A DNA stretch of 64,000 nucleotides, taken from NCBI GenBank assembly GCA_965112155.1, contig OZ218103.1. One strand, 5' to 3'. A program made the translations under genes and the position numbers. Below, piece after piece: positions 50,579 through 63,559 of the stretch. Numbering within the stretch: position 1 is the first letter of the stretch; every line of letters begins with the position of its first letter. Below the pieces are notes generated by a model, which did not search any database, was not told the origin of the DNA, and worked only from the letters and a program-made list of their open reading frames with translations. The stretch is from Podarcis liolepis. Lineage: Eukaryota.

Positions 50579-53090
50579 GGTCCATTCAGGGTGGAGGCAA
50601 GGCAACAGGTCACCTCTCAGTAGCAACAAGATCCAACTCTTCACCTCTGTCTCACTATGTGCAGCTGGGTGGTGCCTTCTAAAGCAAGAAGAAACTAGTT
50701 TGACAATTATAGTATTTTAGCCAGTGTTCAAAGTTACAAGTTTCTAGGCACCAGGCTGACGACTGCAGAAACAAATGTCACAGTGGGCTGTTCTCCATAA
50801 TGCTTTAATCATGACAAGACAGACCCCCAGGAGCTTCTGCAGAGGACAGTGCTAGAGCATTGTCACTGTCAGGTCTGAAACCTGCCTTCAGGTCTTCCAA
50901 AAGATTTTCTGCTATTCAGAGCTTTCACACAGCAAAGCCAGACTATTTCCAAACAACCGATGATGGCACGAAATCCGGTAACAAAATTGGCAAAAGCCTA
51001 AAGATTACTAGTTTATCCAGCTAGGAAGACGCCTTAGCAGAAAAGTTTTTTAAATCCACAGCCTTGTCGAGGCAGATCTCTGTTGCTGGAGCAGGGCTGC
51101 ATCATTCGGGAGAAAGTACAAATAAGGAACAAATGCTGCTACAGAAAGGGGCAGTCCAGATGAAACTGTGTTTTGTTCCATGCTCCAAGTTAGGAACGCC
51201 TTCACACACTTCTATCTACCCTCCCCTCTTGCTATTTTCTGACATTCCAAATCCTTACTTGCTCAGTGAGGAATGCTGGAGGGAGGCCAAAGGCATAGAT
51301 TCACTTTCAACTTGGGATTTGGGCTGCTACTTGTAGGAGAAAGAAAGCTGAAAGTTCCTCAAGCCCAGATGGCTTCGAAGTATGAGGTCAGAGCACAATT
51401 CAGTCAGCTTGCTTGCAAGGTCTAAGTTCCAGCCACTAGTTTTTTCTAGCATGTTGGGTGATTTAGGGCTTCTTCTTTAACAAGGTGGTTTTCTTTTGTT
51501 TTTCACATTTTATGCCACTGCCAGGCAGTCAAAATTTGTGGAGAAGAAAGTTAAAAATCTCTTAAAAGTTTGAATTCTAAGTAAAAATGAACATGTTGCT
51601 AGATAGGTGTGCCCAAGCAAACTCTAATTTCCTTTTAACTCTATCATACATTGGGTTCACTTGTGCTGAATGTATAGCTAGTATTACCTGATGGTAACAA
51701 GTACACTGAAAGCTAATTAGTACAAGCTGTAAAGCTAATGCTAAATTGGTTTGGGTGTGATACATTTTGTATCTCATACACAATCTATGCACTATTCTTT
51801 GGGATTCCAACAGCATTCAAAAGCAAACCTAAAATAAAGTTTGCCTTTAGCAAATTAGCACTCAAGAATACCAGGGATAATTATTTAATTCTCAGAACAC
51901 TTGAATAATCTCCAAGTCAAAATACAATTGAGAACGAGAAAATATCACTTAGCATTATAATGACTGTGCTTAACAAATATTCATACAGGTACTTAACTGG
52001 GAAAATATGCAAGAGGGATGTTGGCTAACAATGATAACTTACTGTGTATTCTTCCGAGTATAAATGCCTGGCTCTGCGTTACAGAATTATGTAAAATCTA
52101 ATTTATGTGATTAGTTAAGGGACTGAAATTTAGGTTCAAGTTCAAGTTCCACAGTAAGGTAGGAATAAATATGTTTAGGCAAAACCTTTTATTACACTGC
52201 AGCTGAAGGAGGTGTGTGTGAAAAGAGTAATCAGATAACTGATAAGATTTAGTTTTGCCAAACCTGATTAAGAAACTAGTAGAGCAACTATCATATTCAA
52301 GTACAATTTCTACAAATTAGCAAGTCAGCTGAAGATACAAAAGGGAACAGCAGATGCTTTAAATCCTATTTTCTTAGGCAAAGCTTCTTGCAATGAGTTA
52401 GAATATAAGAATAAGCACACACATTACTTTTAGCCTCTTATACATATGAAGCAACTCTTTGCTGCCAATATGCCTATTTGCATAATTGGCCCATATCTCA
52501 AAACAACCTTAATTCATGTTTTTAAATATCTTGCACTTCTGCTTTTTCTTCCATGATTGCTTGTGTTCCCAAACAAAATTATTCAAGTAGCCTACCTCAT
52601 GACAAGAGAGGTCGTATCAGAATACAAAAGAACTTGAAGGTAGCCCAGCTTGACATCAAAGTGGAGTTAAGGATCTCCAAATTCCACACACCACTTCTTT
52701 TTTCTAACATTATGTCAATATACCAAGAACAATGGAGTGATTCATAATCAGCAGTGGCTAGACTCTGCTAGAAAGAGCTGGGGCGGGGTAGGGGGGAGGA
52801 GAGCTGTGTGTTTAAAGACAAAGTACAGCTAATAGATAGCATAATTTAGAACACACTGAACCTTTAATGTCAGTGTTCAGTTTTAGGCTGCTGCATGTTG
52901 TCAATTAAAGTCCAAACCTTTTGAGCAGTTGATATTTTAAACAGAAAGGAACTGAAAACAATGTAGACAAAAAGGAACTGAAATCAGTCTAGAGCTTCTT
53001 AAACTTTGTGAAATCAGTATCACCCATAAAACTTACTAGACCATCCTTCTCACTAATTTCACTGGTTACAACCCAACTACTACAAACCTA

Positions 53091-53456
53091 CCGTATTTTT
53101 CGCTCTATAACACGCACCAGACCATAACACGCACATAGTTTTTAGAGGAAGAAAACAAGAAAAAAAAAATATTCTAAATGAAATAGTGGATATATGATTT
53201 TTGTGGTTCATGCTGTGGCCACAGACATGTGATTTGACAGTGAGTTTGGAGTAGCCCAATGCAAAAATCCTGAGGATCCATGTGGATCCATGCTTTGTAA
53301 CCACGGAGGAGGGAAGAAAGGGGAACCATGGATCCTCTGCTCACGACTGCAGCAGATACCCCCGCCACCCGCAGGCATTCGCTCCATAACACGCACAGAC
53401 ATTTCCCCTTACTTTCTAGGAGGAAAAAAGTGAGTGTTATGGTGCAAAAAATACGG
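53091..53456. mobile_element. Tc1/mariner-superfamily (Tc2/pogo-like) MITE, complete
   Basis: TIR CCGTATTTTT...AAAAATACGG with TA on both sides, internal repeats of ATAACACGCAC. Confidence 0.9.
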
Positions 53457-54651
53457 TAAACCTTTCCCCAATGTATCAGCCTACCCATAGTTATGAACTG
53501 TGTGGTGTTGACTGCTACTCTTCCACAGTAGCAGCTTTACCACCACTTGAAGTAACCGAGCCAACAACACTCACAATTCCATGTGCTTCCTTTCAGTGAT
53601 CCGAGTAGGAATGACAAATCACTAGGAAGAAAATCAACATTGTGACTGTGTACAATCTTATTACTAATAAGGCCTCAAACACTGGTTATGTCTCATTCAC
53701 CAGTCCCAGTGCCCAAGCCTACAGAAGGTACTTCCTGCAAACTTCAATAGCCACACATTAGTCCTGTAAGAACATAATATGAGTGGCATAACTTAGACAG
53801 AAGACATGAAGCTTTTAAAAAGTGGATTCATCAGAGGCATTGCTAAATTATTATTATAACCCACTTTTTGACAAGAGTCCTCAAAGAAGAGCCCAACTAA
53901 AGACGGCAAGCTATCTGAAACCTGCCTTGAATTAACTTAGAGCTGATTTAAGGTCTTCTGGGGGGGGGGGGGGAGATCTGACTATATTTTATAATATCTG
54001 AGAGGCTCAGAAAGATTACTTCCAGAAAGATTCCATCTGCAATTGCATCAGAACCTGGAGGGGAGGGCGGGAAACAAAATCCCTTTCCTTTTCTATAACT
54101 TGTTACTCACCTCTGCCGCTGCTTAAAAAGATGAGAGGGGCGTGTGCTGGGAATCACAGAATGGTGGGGAGGGTAGAACAGATAGGCATGTAGAGCTAGG
54201 AATTTTAATCCGAGCCAGTGAAAAATTTCATCAGGGCTCTTCTATCATGACAAGGTCATATTAAAGTACCTATGGTGGGCTTTTAGATGTTCCCACAACT
54301 GCACTCAGAAACTTCACCAGCATCCCTGCTCACAACATTTATGAACTATAACAGGAGCAGGCATGTGATAGATTTTTGCCACCCCTCCTTCCTCTCATGA
54401 TTCCCCCCCCCTCCGAATAGTTGTGTCTTATATTACCAGTGGGAGAAAGGGGCAAGGAAGACTGCTTATAATTCTGCTTTTAAACTATTAAGTCAAGAAG
54501 CCTAAACCATGTGTATAAGATGTGTTAATGCTTGTTATTCCACCTGATAATCTTAATCATTTTCTTCTTGATGTCCAAAGTGTCAGCTAAACTAACTATG
54601 GGATATGAGCTACCTCACACTCACAACTTCCTTCCCCATAGCTTTAAAATA

Positions 54652-55005
54652 GGTAAAGGTAAAGGGACCCCTGACCATTAGGTCCAGTCATGACTGACTC
54701 TGGGGTTGCAACGCTCATCTCGCTTTATTGGCCGAGGGAGCTAGCGTACAGCTTCCGGGTCATGTGGCCAGCATGACTAAGCCACTTCTGGCGAACCAGA
54801 GCAGCACACGGAAATGCCGTTTACCTTCCCGCCGGAGCGGTACCTATTTATCTACTTGCACTTTGATGTGCTTTGGAACTGCTAGGTTGGCATGAGCAGG
54901 GACCGAGCAACGGGAGCTCACCCCGTCACAGGGATTTGAACTGCTGACCTTCTGATCCGCAAGTCCTAGGCTCTGTGGTTTAACCCACAGCGCCACCCGC
55001 GTCCC
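54652..55005 (-). mobile_element. Sauria SINE, full length
   Basis: Same family; TSD AGCTTTAAAATA. Confidence 0.92.
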
Positions 55006-55144
55006 ACAGCTTTAAAATACATCATCCTAAAAAAGCATATTCCCCATTGTCTGTTTCCAATGCAATAACTCTCTAACTCTCTAGCTGATTCCCTTCATTC
55101 TAGTGCCCATCTATCCAGTTGGAAGGGTGGAGTGCAAGTAATAA

Positions 55145-55190
<46 letters not shown>
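55145..55190. repeat. (TTA)n microsatellite
   Basis: Direct reading. Confidence 0.98.
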
Positions 55191-56844
55191 GCATCTCTAT
55201 TAAAATTTAACATGGAAGGTGGTAGATTTAGTAACAAAGTCTTTCTATTCTGTTTTTTCTCCCCATTACCTAAACAATCTACATGCTTGCATACTGTGTC
55301 AAGATTAGTTATGTGCTAGATCCTTATAGCCTCTGGGTTGTGAATATATAACCCTTCCCCTCTAATTCTATGGGGTTATTTTCATCTCTTTGTAATCTCT
55401 TTCCCTGAATCTGAACTTTCAGTTCAGAGCTATAGCTTAAATTTAGAGAGTGCTCTTACTTATATTCCCCAAATGAAACACTGGTTCTTCTCTGGGATCC
55501 ATGCAGGATAATTGAAGTTAAAATAGCTTATGTACCACAGTTCAGGGGTCACCAACACACCACTTACAGGCACCAGTGTGCCAGCCTACACCTCCTACGG
55601 TACTCACAACAGGTCTCAAGAAATATCCCGTAAAAATTCACAATGCACCAGACTCCTGCTCAGTTTATCTTTGCACTGGCTTGATGTCAGCTACACTGAA
55701 CAAGCCCCTTTAAACATGCCCACATTTCATTAGACTCCATGATCAATACCACCCATTCTGAACAGAGGAAAGGTAAAAAGGGCATCTCTCTGTGAGTGTA
55801 ATGGTAGCTGATGTAGTCTCTTCTCCACTGATTTGCTATGGGGAGCCTGCCTGACCATCTTGTGGTGCTTTCTCTCTCTCTTTTTCTTTTAGATGGGACA
55901 GTCATTATGTGCTCTAACTCTGGTAAGCAGCTTTTTCAAAATTCTATGGCACTTTATCAAAATTCCAAGTATGCCCACTGGCCCCCAAAAGTTGGCAACC
56001 CTGTTATTGTTCATCACATAGTACTACAAGGTATTCCACACTATGTAGATTGTGTAAGAGTTTCAGAATGCTATCCTATACGCAAACATTTCAAGTCAAT
56101 ACAGAGAAAGTACTTTTAGTATTGCTTCTTACTTTTAAATAAAATGATAGTAAAGTGCTAGATAGCCCTGTGCAAATATTTCATCAAATCTCAAGACTGC
56201 CTCAATCACAGGAAAACCCTTATGACAAGAAACATTGCATGATCTGAACTGACTTGTTCCTATACTTGGGCCTCAGCTAGAACAAAGGTCAGCGACATGC
56301 ATTTTGATTACAAATGCAAACAACACTGTCAAAATATTTGGTAGTTTTCACAAAAACTACCTACTTATTTTAAAAACGTTTTGTGGCAGAAGTTCAGGGA
56401 TGAATGTGGATGTTTAGGCAGCTCAGACGGCACCATTCATTCATAAAGGGAGGCTATCAGCAGGCTTGTGGGGGAATTCCAAAGAGGGCGGAGCATGCTC
56501 AGTGGCCACAAAATGATGGCCGGCTGATGGAGGGAAGAAAAAACAGGAAATAAAGGAAGCAGGAGAATGGAATGGAGTACTGCATTCTGAAAGAGGTCGT
56601 GGCTGATTGGAACCCTCAACAGGATCACTCCACAGTGCAGTGCTATGTGGCAGGTCCCACATGTAATCTATCGTTCTGCTTTACTGTTATAAGCACAAGC
56701 CTGATTATGACAGGGATAATGTCTTTGATTCTAATGTATGACGGCAAGCTCATGTCCTGTAAGAGAGACTGTAAAATATTTTTTGGAGGGGGAATTGGCA
56801 CTAGGCTGAGATATAAACATGATGAAAAACACTGCAGTGATTTC

Positions 56845-56854
56845 CCATAAAAGG
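56845..56854. promoter_or_regulatory. Consensus CArG box (candidate SRF site)
   Basis: CCATAAAAGG fits CC(A/T)6GG and lies upstream, in PPP1R12B orientation, of the smM20 start exon. Confidence 0.3.
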
Positions 56855-58071
56855 AAGACAAGCAAAGCCCTTTGCCTGCAATGTACTGAGTGCTGATTTA
56901 TTGCCATGTAGTAGGTTCTCAAGTCCTGGAAATAAAGGGATTAGAGTAGAAGATCCCACATAGCAATTAAATACAGAAGAATCCAGCTGTAATTCAGAGA
57001 TCTTTCTTGATCAGCTACTATACAATAAATCATTAAAAGTAATCTCCTTCATCGTTGTTGAATAAAGTACCGGGTCCAAAAGTTCATATGGCCTGCTATA
57101 AAGCCAGCTGATCTTCCATATCTAAAAGATAGCCTCAGACCATAGTTCTTGCTCAGTTCATCTATAAAGCTGGTAAGAAAGAAGAAGCAAAAGATGGTAA
57201 CCCAGAGAACATATTCTCATTCATCTCCAATAAAATCCCTTACTTGGGCGCATGCAGAAGTTTGATCATACTTAAAGACGGCAACTTTTAGAAACAGCCA
57301 GTTTCTTTTAAATGTGAGTGGCTAAAGAGGAACAGAATGTGCATGTACTAAAAACAGTAATCTGTTTATAGAAATGACTAGCAAAGTGGATACATCCCAC
57401 AATTTCCTAGGCTTGAGGTCAAGAAATAGATTCTACAGAGGGCCAGCACATTACTGCACCCCCACCCCCAAGTTATACACATATATAGCAAATTATAGTA
57501 AAAATTGACCACTTTATGGGGGGGACGGGGACTAAAGCCCATGACTATAAAGCACTGGTATACTGCGAGGAGATTCACCTAAAAACAAATCTATTAAAAC
57601 AAAAGAACCAAGAACAAAGTAAAGAAAAAAGAGTAAATTTTACAGTATTCATTACTTCAGAAAGAACGAGAATACAAAGCAGGTGCTTCCTATAAGTCAA
57701 ATACCAGAACACACCATGTTGTTTTAGTAAGAGGGATATGCTTTCCTCTAGTTCCAGAATTGCTTTCTGAAAAATAACCATCACTTAAACATAGGCAGAA
57801 TATAAGGTTCTAATTTATAAGCATGTAAACCACTGACGTCACTAAGAATGCCATCCTATGCAGTCTTATGAGGAAGAATGTCACAGTGAATACAGTGGAA
57901 CTTTGCAGACCAAAAAGCATGCACAGAATTGGGTGTAATTTACAGTAGTCCAGATAAACAGGAGTCAGCATTAAATCCAAACATCACTATTGCAAACAAC
58001 TTCAAGCAGGCTGTGGCAGCAAGAAAACCAGATGTGACATCCAGCAATGTGGACTAACTTTTTTTTACAAG

Positions 58072-58538
58072 TTTTTCCCCTCCAAAAATGAAGGGGAAAT
58101 GTGTGTGCGTCCTATGGGGTGAATGCAGGCTTTCACTGAAGCCTGGAGAGCGAGAGGGGTCGGTGTGCACCGACCCCTCTCGCTCTCCAGGCTTCAGGAA
58201 GCTATCCGCAAGCCTGGGGAGCCCGGCAGGAGTTCCCGCCGGGCTCCCTAGGCTTGCAGATAGCAACCTGCATCCCGAAGTCTGGGGCGCACTGAGCAGC
58301 GTGCCCCGGGCTTTGGGCAGCTCTCCGCAAGCCTCGGGAGCCCGGCAGAAGTTCCTGCCGAGCTCCCAAGGCTTGCGGATAACAGCCTGTTCTGGGGGCT
58401 GGGGTCGCAGGAAGCTCGGGCTTCCCCCGCCCCAGCCCTGTGCCTGGGGGAAAAATATTTTTTCCCCCTTTATATCCCCACCCCCTAAAACTAGGTGCGC
58501 CCTATGGGCCGGTGCGCCCTATAGGGCAAAAAATATGG
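58072..58538. mobile_element. Tc1/mariner-superfamily MITE lacking its left TIR
   Basis: Ends CCTATAGGGCAAAAAATATGG then TA. GC-rich body with internal palindromes, same family as 42857-43108. Confidence 0.82.
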
Positions 58539-59751
58539 TATGTTATGAATTTGGTGCTTTGCAAGCCAACTGGGCTGAAATCCCTGCCAATCCATTCGTG
58601 ATGCTGTAGTCTTTACTAAAAGTAGTTGCATCACCACACTGTATTATTGGGGCCTGAAAGACAATAAGAGGAGTCTTGGTAGAATGTCCACATGGTAGTC
58701 TGAATTCAGTAATCAGTACAAGATTGTCGGATTCATGATGGCACTTTGTAGCTATTCTAAACCATATACGTGGACTGGTATATAATAATAATAATATGGT
58801 AATAATTTATTTTTTGTACCTAGCCCATCTGACTGGGTTGCCCCAGCAACTCTGGGTGGCTTCCAAAATGATATTCAGAAACAGAACAACAGCAACAACA
58901 CAACAGAACATCACACATTAAAAGCGTCCTGATACAGGGCTTCCTTCAGATGTCCACGGAAGGTCATATAATTATTTATCTCTTTAACATCTTTTAGCAT
59001 TCCACAGGGTGGGCATGACTACTGAGAAGGTACTGCAACTTCCTCTGGTACAGGTTGCAATTCCTACACATTAGTTCTGGAACAGCAGGCTGGATGTGTG
59101 GGCAGGTATGTATGTAAATTATTTGACTCTCATGAGTTAGGGATGAAATGTGCCTAATACTAATTAATGTCTATTGTATTAAAATCCTGAATAGCACCCA
59201 AACTCCCAACAACTTCCTAATGATCAACTGATTCATACTTAATAGAGAGACAGCTGCTGTTGATAGTTATTTCCATTCTCAATAGGGCAGCTCATACCAC
59301 ACCTGCATTTTCTCTTTTACAATGGGGGGGGGGGTCTTTCAAGAAGAGCTGTGCTATTCTATAAAACTTCACACACTTCCACTTCACTGCAGTGCTAATG
59401 AAAAGGAGTGAACTTTCATACCATTCAATTCATAGTCTTGTTTCATTGCATACTTTATTTTACGGGTATATGCTCAATATACGGCATATACCTGGTCTGT
59501 GTCACTGAGCCTTTGGAGGATAAATAAGATGGAGGTGGTATCTTCCACCTTTGACCTCCAAGTTAACTAGTACAACATCAACATATATTTGAGCTCTGGG
59601 GAAATATCACAATGGTCTAGAAGCATTCCCTTTCCAGGCTTCCCATCAGGTTGGATACTGCTTTTAAGGGTTTGTGCCTGGTGTTGGACACTAGGGACAA
59701 AGTGGGACTGTTGTTAGGGTGCAGCCCACCCTGCTGCCCAATAGTCTACAC

Positions 59752-59887
59752 CAGGCATCCCCTACCTGTGGCCCTCCAGATGTTTTGGCCTACAACTCCC
59801 ATTATCCCTAGCTAACAGGACCAGTGGTCAGGGATGGTGGTTATTGTAGTCCAAAACATCTGGAGGTCCAAAGGTTGGGGATGCCTG
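59752..59887. mobile_element. Small palindromic hAT MITE; degenerate relatives at ~13555-13630, 19510-19630, 34230-34330, 42760-42850, 47000-47100 and 61870-61980
   Basis: TIR CAGGCATCCCC...GGGGATGCCTG, TSD GTCTACAC/GTCCACAC. Confidence 0.85.
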
Positions 59888-62800
59888 GTCCACACAAAAG
59901 AGAGGAATGACTATATTCAAAGCAAGCCAACATTCAACTCTGAAATACTGTAATTTAGAAAGCATAGGTTTCATTCACAGGAAGTTTCTAAAGACATTAT
60001 GGTCTCATGATTTCTACTTTTCAAAAAGAAATATGAAAAGAAACATTTCATCAGTAGGCTTAGCCTAATTTCATTATTTCCCTTAAAATTAAAATAAATG
60101 GATAAATGATTTCCCTCTCATTTGCAGTTAATTTTCCCCAAGACATACAAAGCTACTCGGGACAGACTTAAGTAGCCTTGTTTATAGCAGACAAACCACT
60201 CCACTGTAGACTTACAGCTACTGAACACTTTGAAATGCTTTGCTCGGTACTGGCCATCATCCAAGAACATAGACTGGGCTACAGAGGCTATTAGTCTGAC
60301 ACAGTACATCAGGTTGAATGTCTGAGGTAGAGAAGGCTCGCCCAACTTCCACAAATTATGTTCGGAAACATTAACTGAACTATCTTTTTTCTGTTTCCCA
60401 TCCCTCATTTGGACTTCAATTCCCATCCAACTGTAATGAGCTGGATAGGAAAGGGTTCAGCAACAGCAATTCTAAGTTTAAATTATAATTTATTCACAGG
60501 CAGCAATGAAGACCAACACAACCTTACTTTATATGACATACTTTTAGACTTGTGTGCAATTTTTACAATAACATTCTGCCCCAAAATGATAGGTGCCTTT
60601 AAACAGAACTAGCCAGGTGCCACTTAGCTTTATTTTGGCTTTAAAGTTCAGCAATTTTAAGTTCAGCATAAGGATGATTGCAAAATCACCTACACCTATG
60701 AGTGAGCATAAGCTTGAACAAAATATGGGAACGTACTCAGGTACACACATATGAAATAATAGTGTAAAGGGGAAAAAAGATCCCATATATCAGAATTCTA
60801 ATTTACTGTGCTCCTCATATTCTGGTTGATCACGAGTCCTAAATTACACTTAAATACATAAATAGCTTTCAGTTTAGGACTGCTATAGATAAGCAACTTC
60901 AATGAAATTTCTGTCATTTTTTCCTCACTTCTTACTAGTCTGCCAACTGTGTTTCCTGCAGGGGAAACAGGTCTACAATCCACTTCTGAGCACAGGGATC
61001 TTTATTAGAAAGCTAGTAAATCAAAGGTATGTCCCCACCATTTTTCATAATTAAATGTTTTATCTTATCATAATCTAAAAATGGCCTTTTCTCCCACACT
61101 GCACATAAGCCAGGATGAAAGCTTTCCAAGTGCTATACAGCCTCTCTGCTAGGAAATAAAATAACATGAAAAATGCCCTTCTAGGCAGTGCTCTCTGGAT
61201 TCCCAAAAAAGGAATTGTGCATCACAACTGTTCTATTTACAAAAATAGTTAAAAACACAACATGTTACTGTTCACTATTTGTTGCTCTTCCATATTAGTC
61301 TGCTAGGGGCTCACCTAACATTACTACCAAGCAAACTCCATTGCTTCAAAGGAACTTGTAGCAGTGTCTGACTGGGGCATACCTCACCATATTAGGTAGT
61401 CCGATCCCAGAAAACAAAAAGCTACTGCAGGCACACATAAAAGACTTTGCTCTTGGAGAACACCATGACAGTAAAGCAGAGAAATGAATGGAAGATTTTA
61501 TGGAAGGTCTGTAGGAGTAGCAGTGTGATGGGGCGGGGGGGGGGGGGCTTTCCGCTAAACTGTTAAGTGTATGATGAGAACAGAAGGTGTAGCACTTTTG
61601 TAACAAAGCAAGTGTTAAATATACAAGAGATCAGCACAAGTCTGCAACTCACCTTTAAAGCTGAAATATTAGCATAGATATTTCACTGAATTCTCAAAAA
61701 GAACTAGAAAAACACCAACAAATTTAAGATCGTGAATTTGAACCAATCAGGTGATCAGCAATTCACGCCACAGGACAGGTGAATTCCAACTACATAATTT
61801 CCAAACACATCCAGTTTCAGTTTGTATTCCTAGCATGTTCTTTACTGCAAGTACAGGAAACATGTAACCCTCCACAGACTGCTTGCCTCCAACTCCCATC
61901 AGTCCATGTTAGCATGGCTAATGGTCAGGAATGCTGGGAGCTGGAGTTCAACAACATTTGGGGGATGAACCCATCCCTGCTTTAGCAGATGGATGCTCTA
62001 CAAATTTTATGTCACCTGTTGCAACCACAGAATTATAAACTGGATTGGATCAAGCATTGCACAAGCAGAAGGTCACATGTGTAACTTTTCCACATTTTTG
62101 AAACGAGCCGTTACAGATTTACATTTTTAGTGTGTTTACCTTTAATAGATTAAGTTAGATTTACTTTTCATAACAGCCTCAATATAGCATTTTTTTACAC
62201 ACAGACAAACCACCCTCAAATCAAGCCAGCTTCTGAGCATGTGCTAGTACTTAGCTTTCTGTCCATCTGGCAGGCTTCTAACAGTACATATAATTCCATG
62301 TGAGGTTCACACAAGATCAACATCTGGCCAAATTATTACAGTTAGAGGAAAAAATTCAAAATGAGTCCCAACCAAAAAAAAAAAAAAAAAATTCAGCAAG
62401 ACTACCCAACTGTTGTTTATTTATCTCACTTCTAACATCAAATATCTTTGAAAAGCTTATTTGAAGGAAGAAATGCTGCACTATTATTTGTTTTAAGAGA
62501 AGCAATTTTCAGTCCAAATTTATTAAGAATCCCAATTCCTCTTACTGGAAGTTCTTACTGGAAAGTTATTAGTTTCTCACTTCATACTTTGATAGCTGCA
62601 GAACATGCTCCCTCTAGTGGCAATTCTGCTATGTGATTTGGTCATTCAATGATGTCCTAAATCATTAAATCGTATCAAAATCATTTTTGGCAGAGCCAGC
62701 AGTACTTATGAAAACATGACATCAGATAACTTTCCAAAAGTGCCCCTGCATTTCTTCCTAATACATTTGTACTGCTTTGATACTATTCCCTGCAGCATCT

Positions 62801-63184
62801 TCCATGTCCTTTGCCCTGACAGCCTCATTGTGCCCATCCTTCCATTTAATGTGGTTGGCTGCAGCAGCCTATGAGATTTTTGTCAATGATGTCATGATGC
62901 TCTGATGAAACACCATCATGGATGTTCATGAACAAAACCATGTGTGACTATAGCCAAATGGATTAATGGCAGTCTGGGCAGATGAAGCCAAGAACCATAA
63001 GCATGACTAAGTGATCTTGCGACACAAAAGAGCACAGATAATTTTTATCAATTCCAACTTTGAAACTGTCCTCTCACTAAACACAACAGGTACAACTAAA
63101 GTGAGAGTAATGTGAAGTACTACACATAAATTGATATAAATACCTTGACTATTACACTTATGAAGCTCTGCATTATTCTAAAAC

Positions 63185-63547
63185 GGTAAAGGTACCCCTG
63201 ACCATTAGGTCCAGTCATGGACGACTTTGGGGTCGTGGCGCTCATCTCACTTTACTGGCCAAGGGAGACTGCGTTTGTCTCTTCCGCAGTCAGTTTCTGG
63301 GTCATGTGGCCATCATGACTAAGCTGCTTCTGGTGAACCAGAGCAGTGCACGGAAATGCCGTTTATCTTCCTGCCGGAGCGGTAACTATTTATCTACTTG
63401 CACTCTGACATGCTTTCGAACTGCTAGGTGGGCAGGACCAGGGACCGAGCAATGGGAGCTCACCCCATCGCGGAGATTCGAACCACTGACCTTCTGATCA
63501 GCAAGCCCTAGGCTCTGTGGTTTAGACCACAGCGCCACCTGCGTCCC
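63185..63547 (-). mobile_element. Sauria SINE, full length
   Basis: Same family; imperfect TSD TGCATT(A/T)TTCTA. Confidence 0.9.
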
Positions 63548-63559
63548 TGTGCATTTTTC

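Noticed and set aside
58088-58609. 173-aa ORF
   Set aside because: Inside a GC-rich palindromic MITE; no transposase motifs.
61653-61703. 51-nt segment with a good acceptor and AAG|GTGAGT donor on the - strand
   Set aside because: Stops in all three frames, so it is not a coding MYPT2 exon. A non-coding role cannot be supported from sequence alone.
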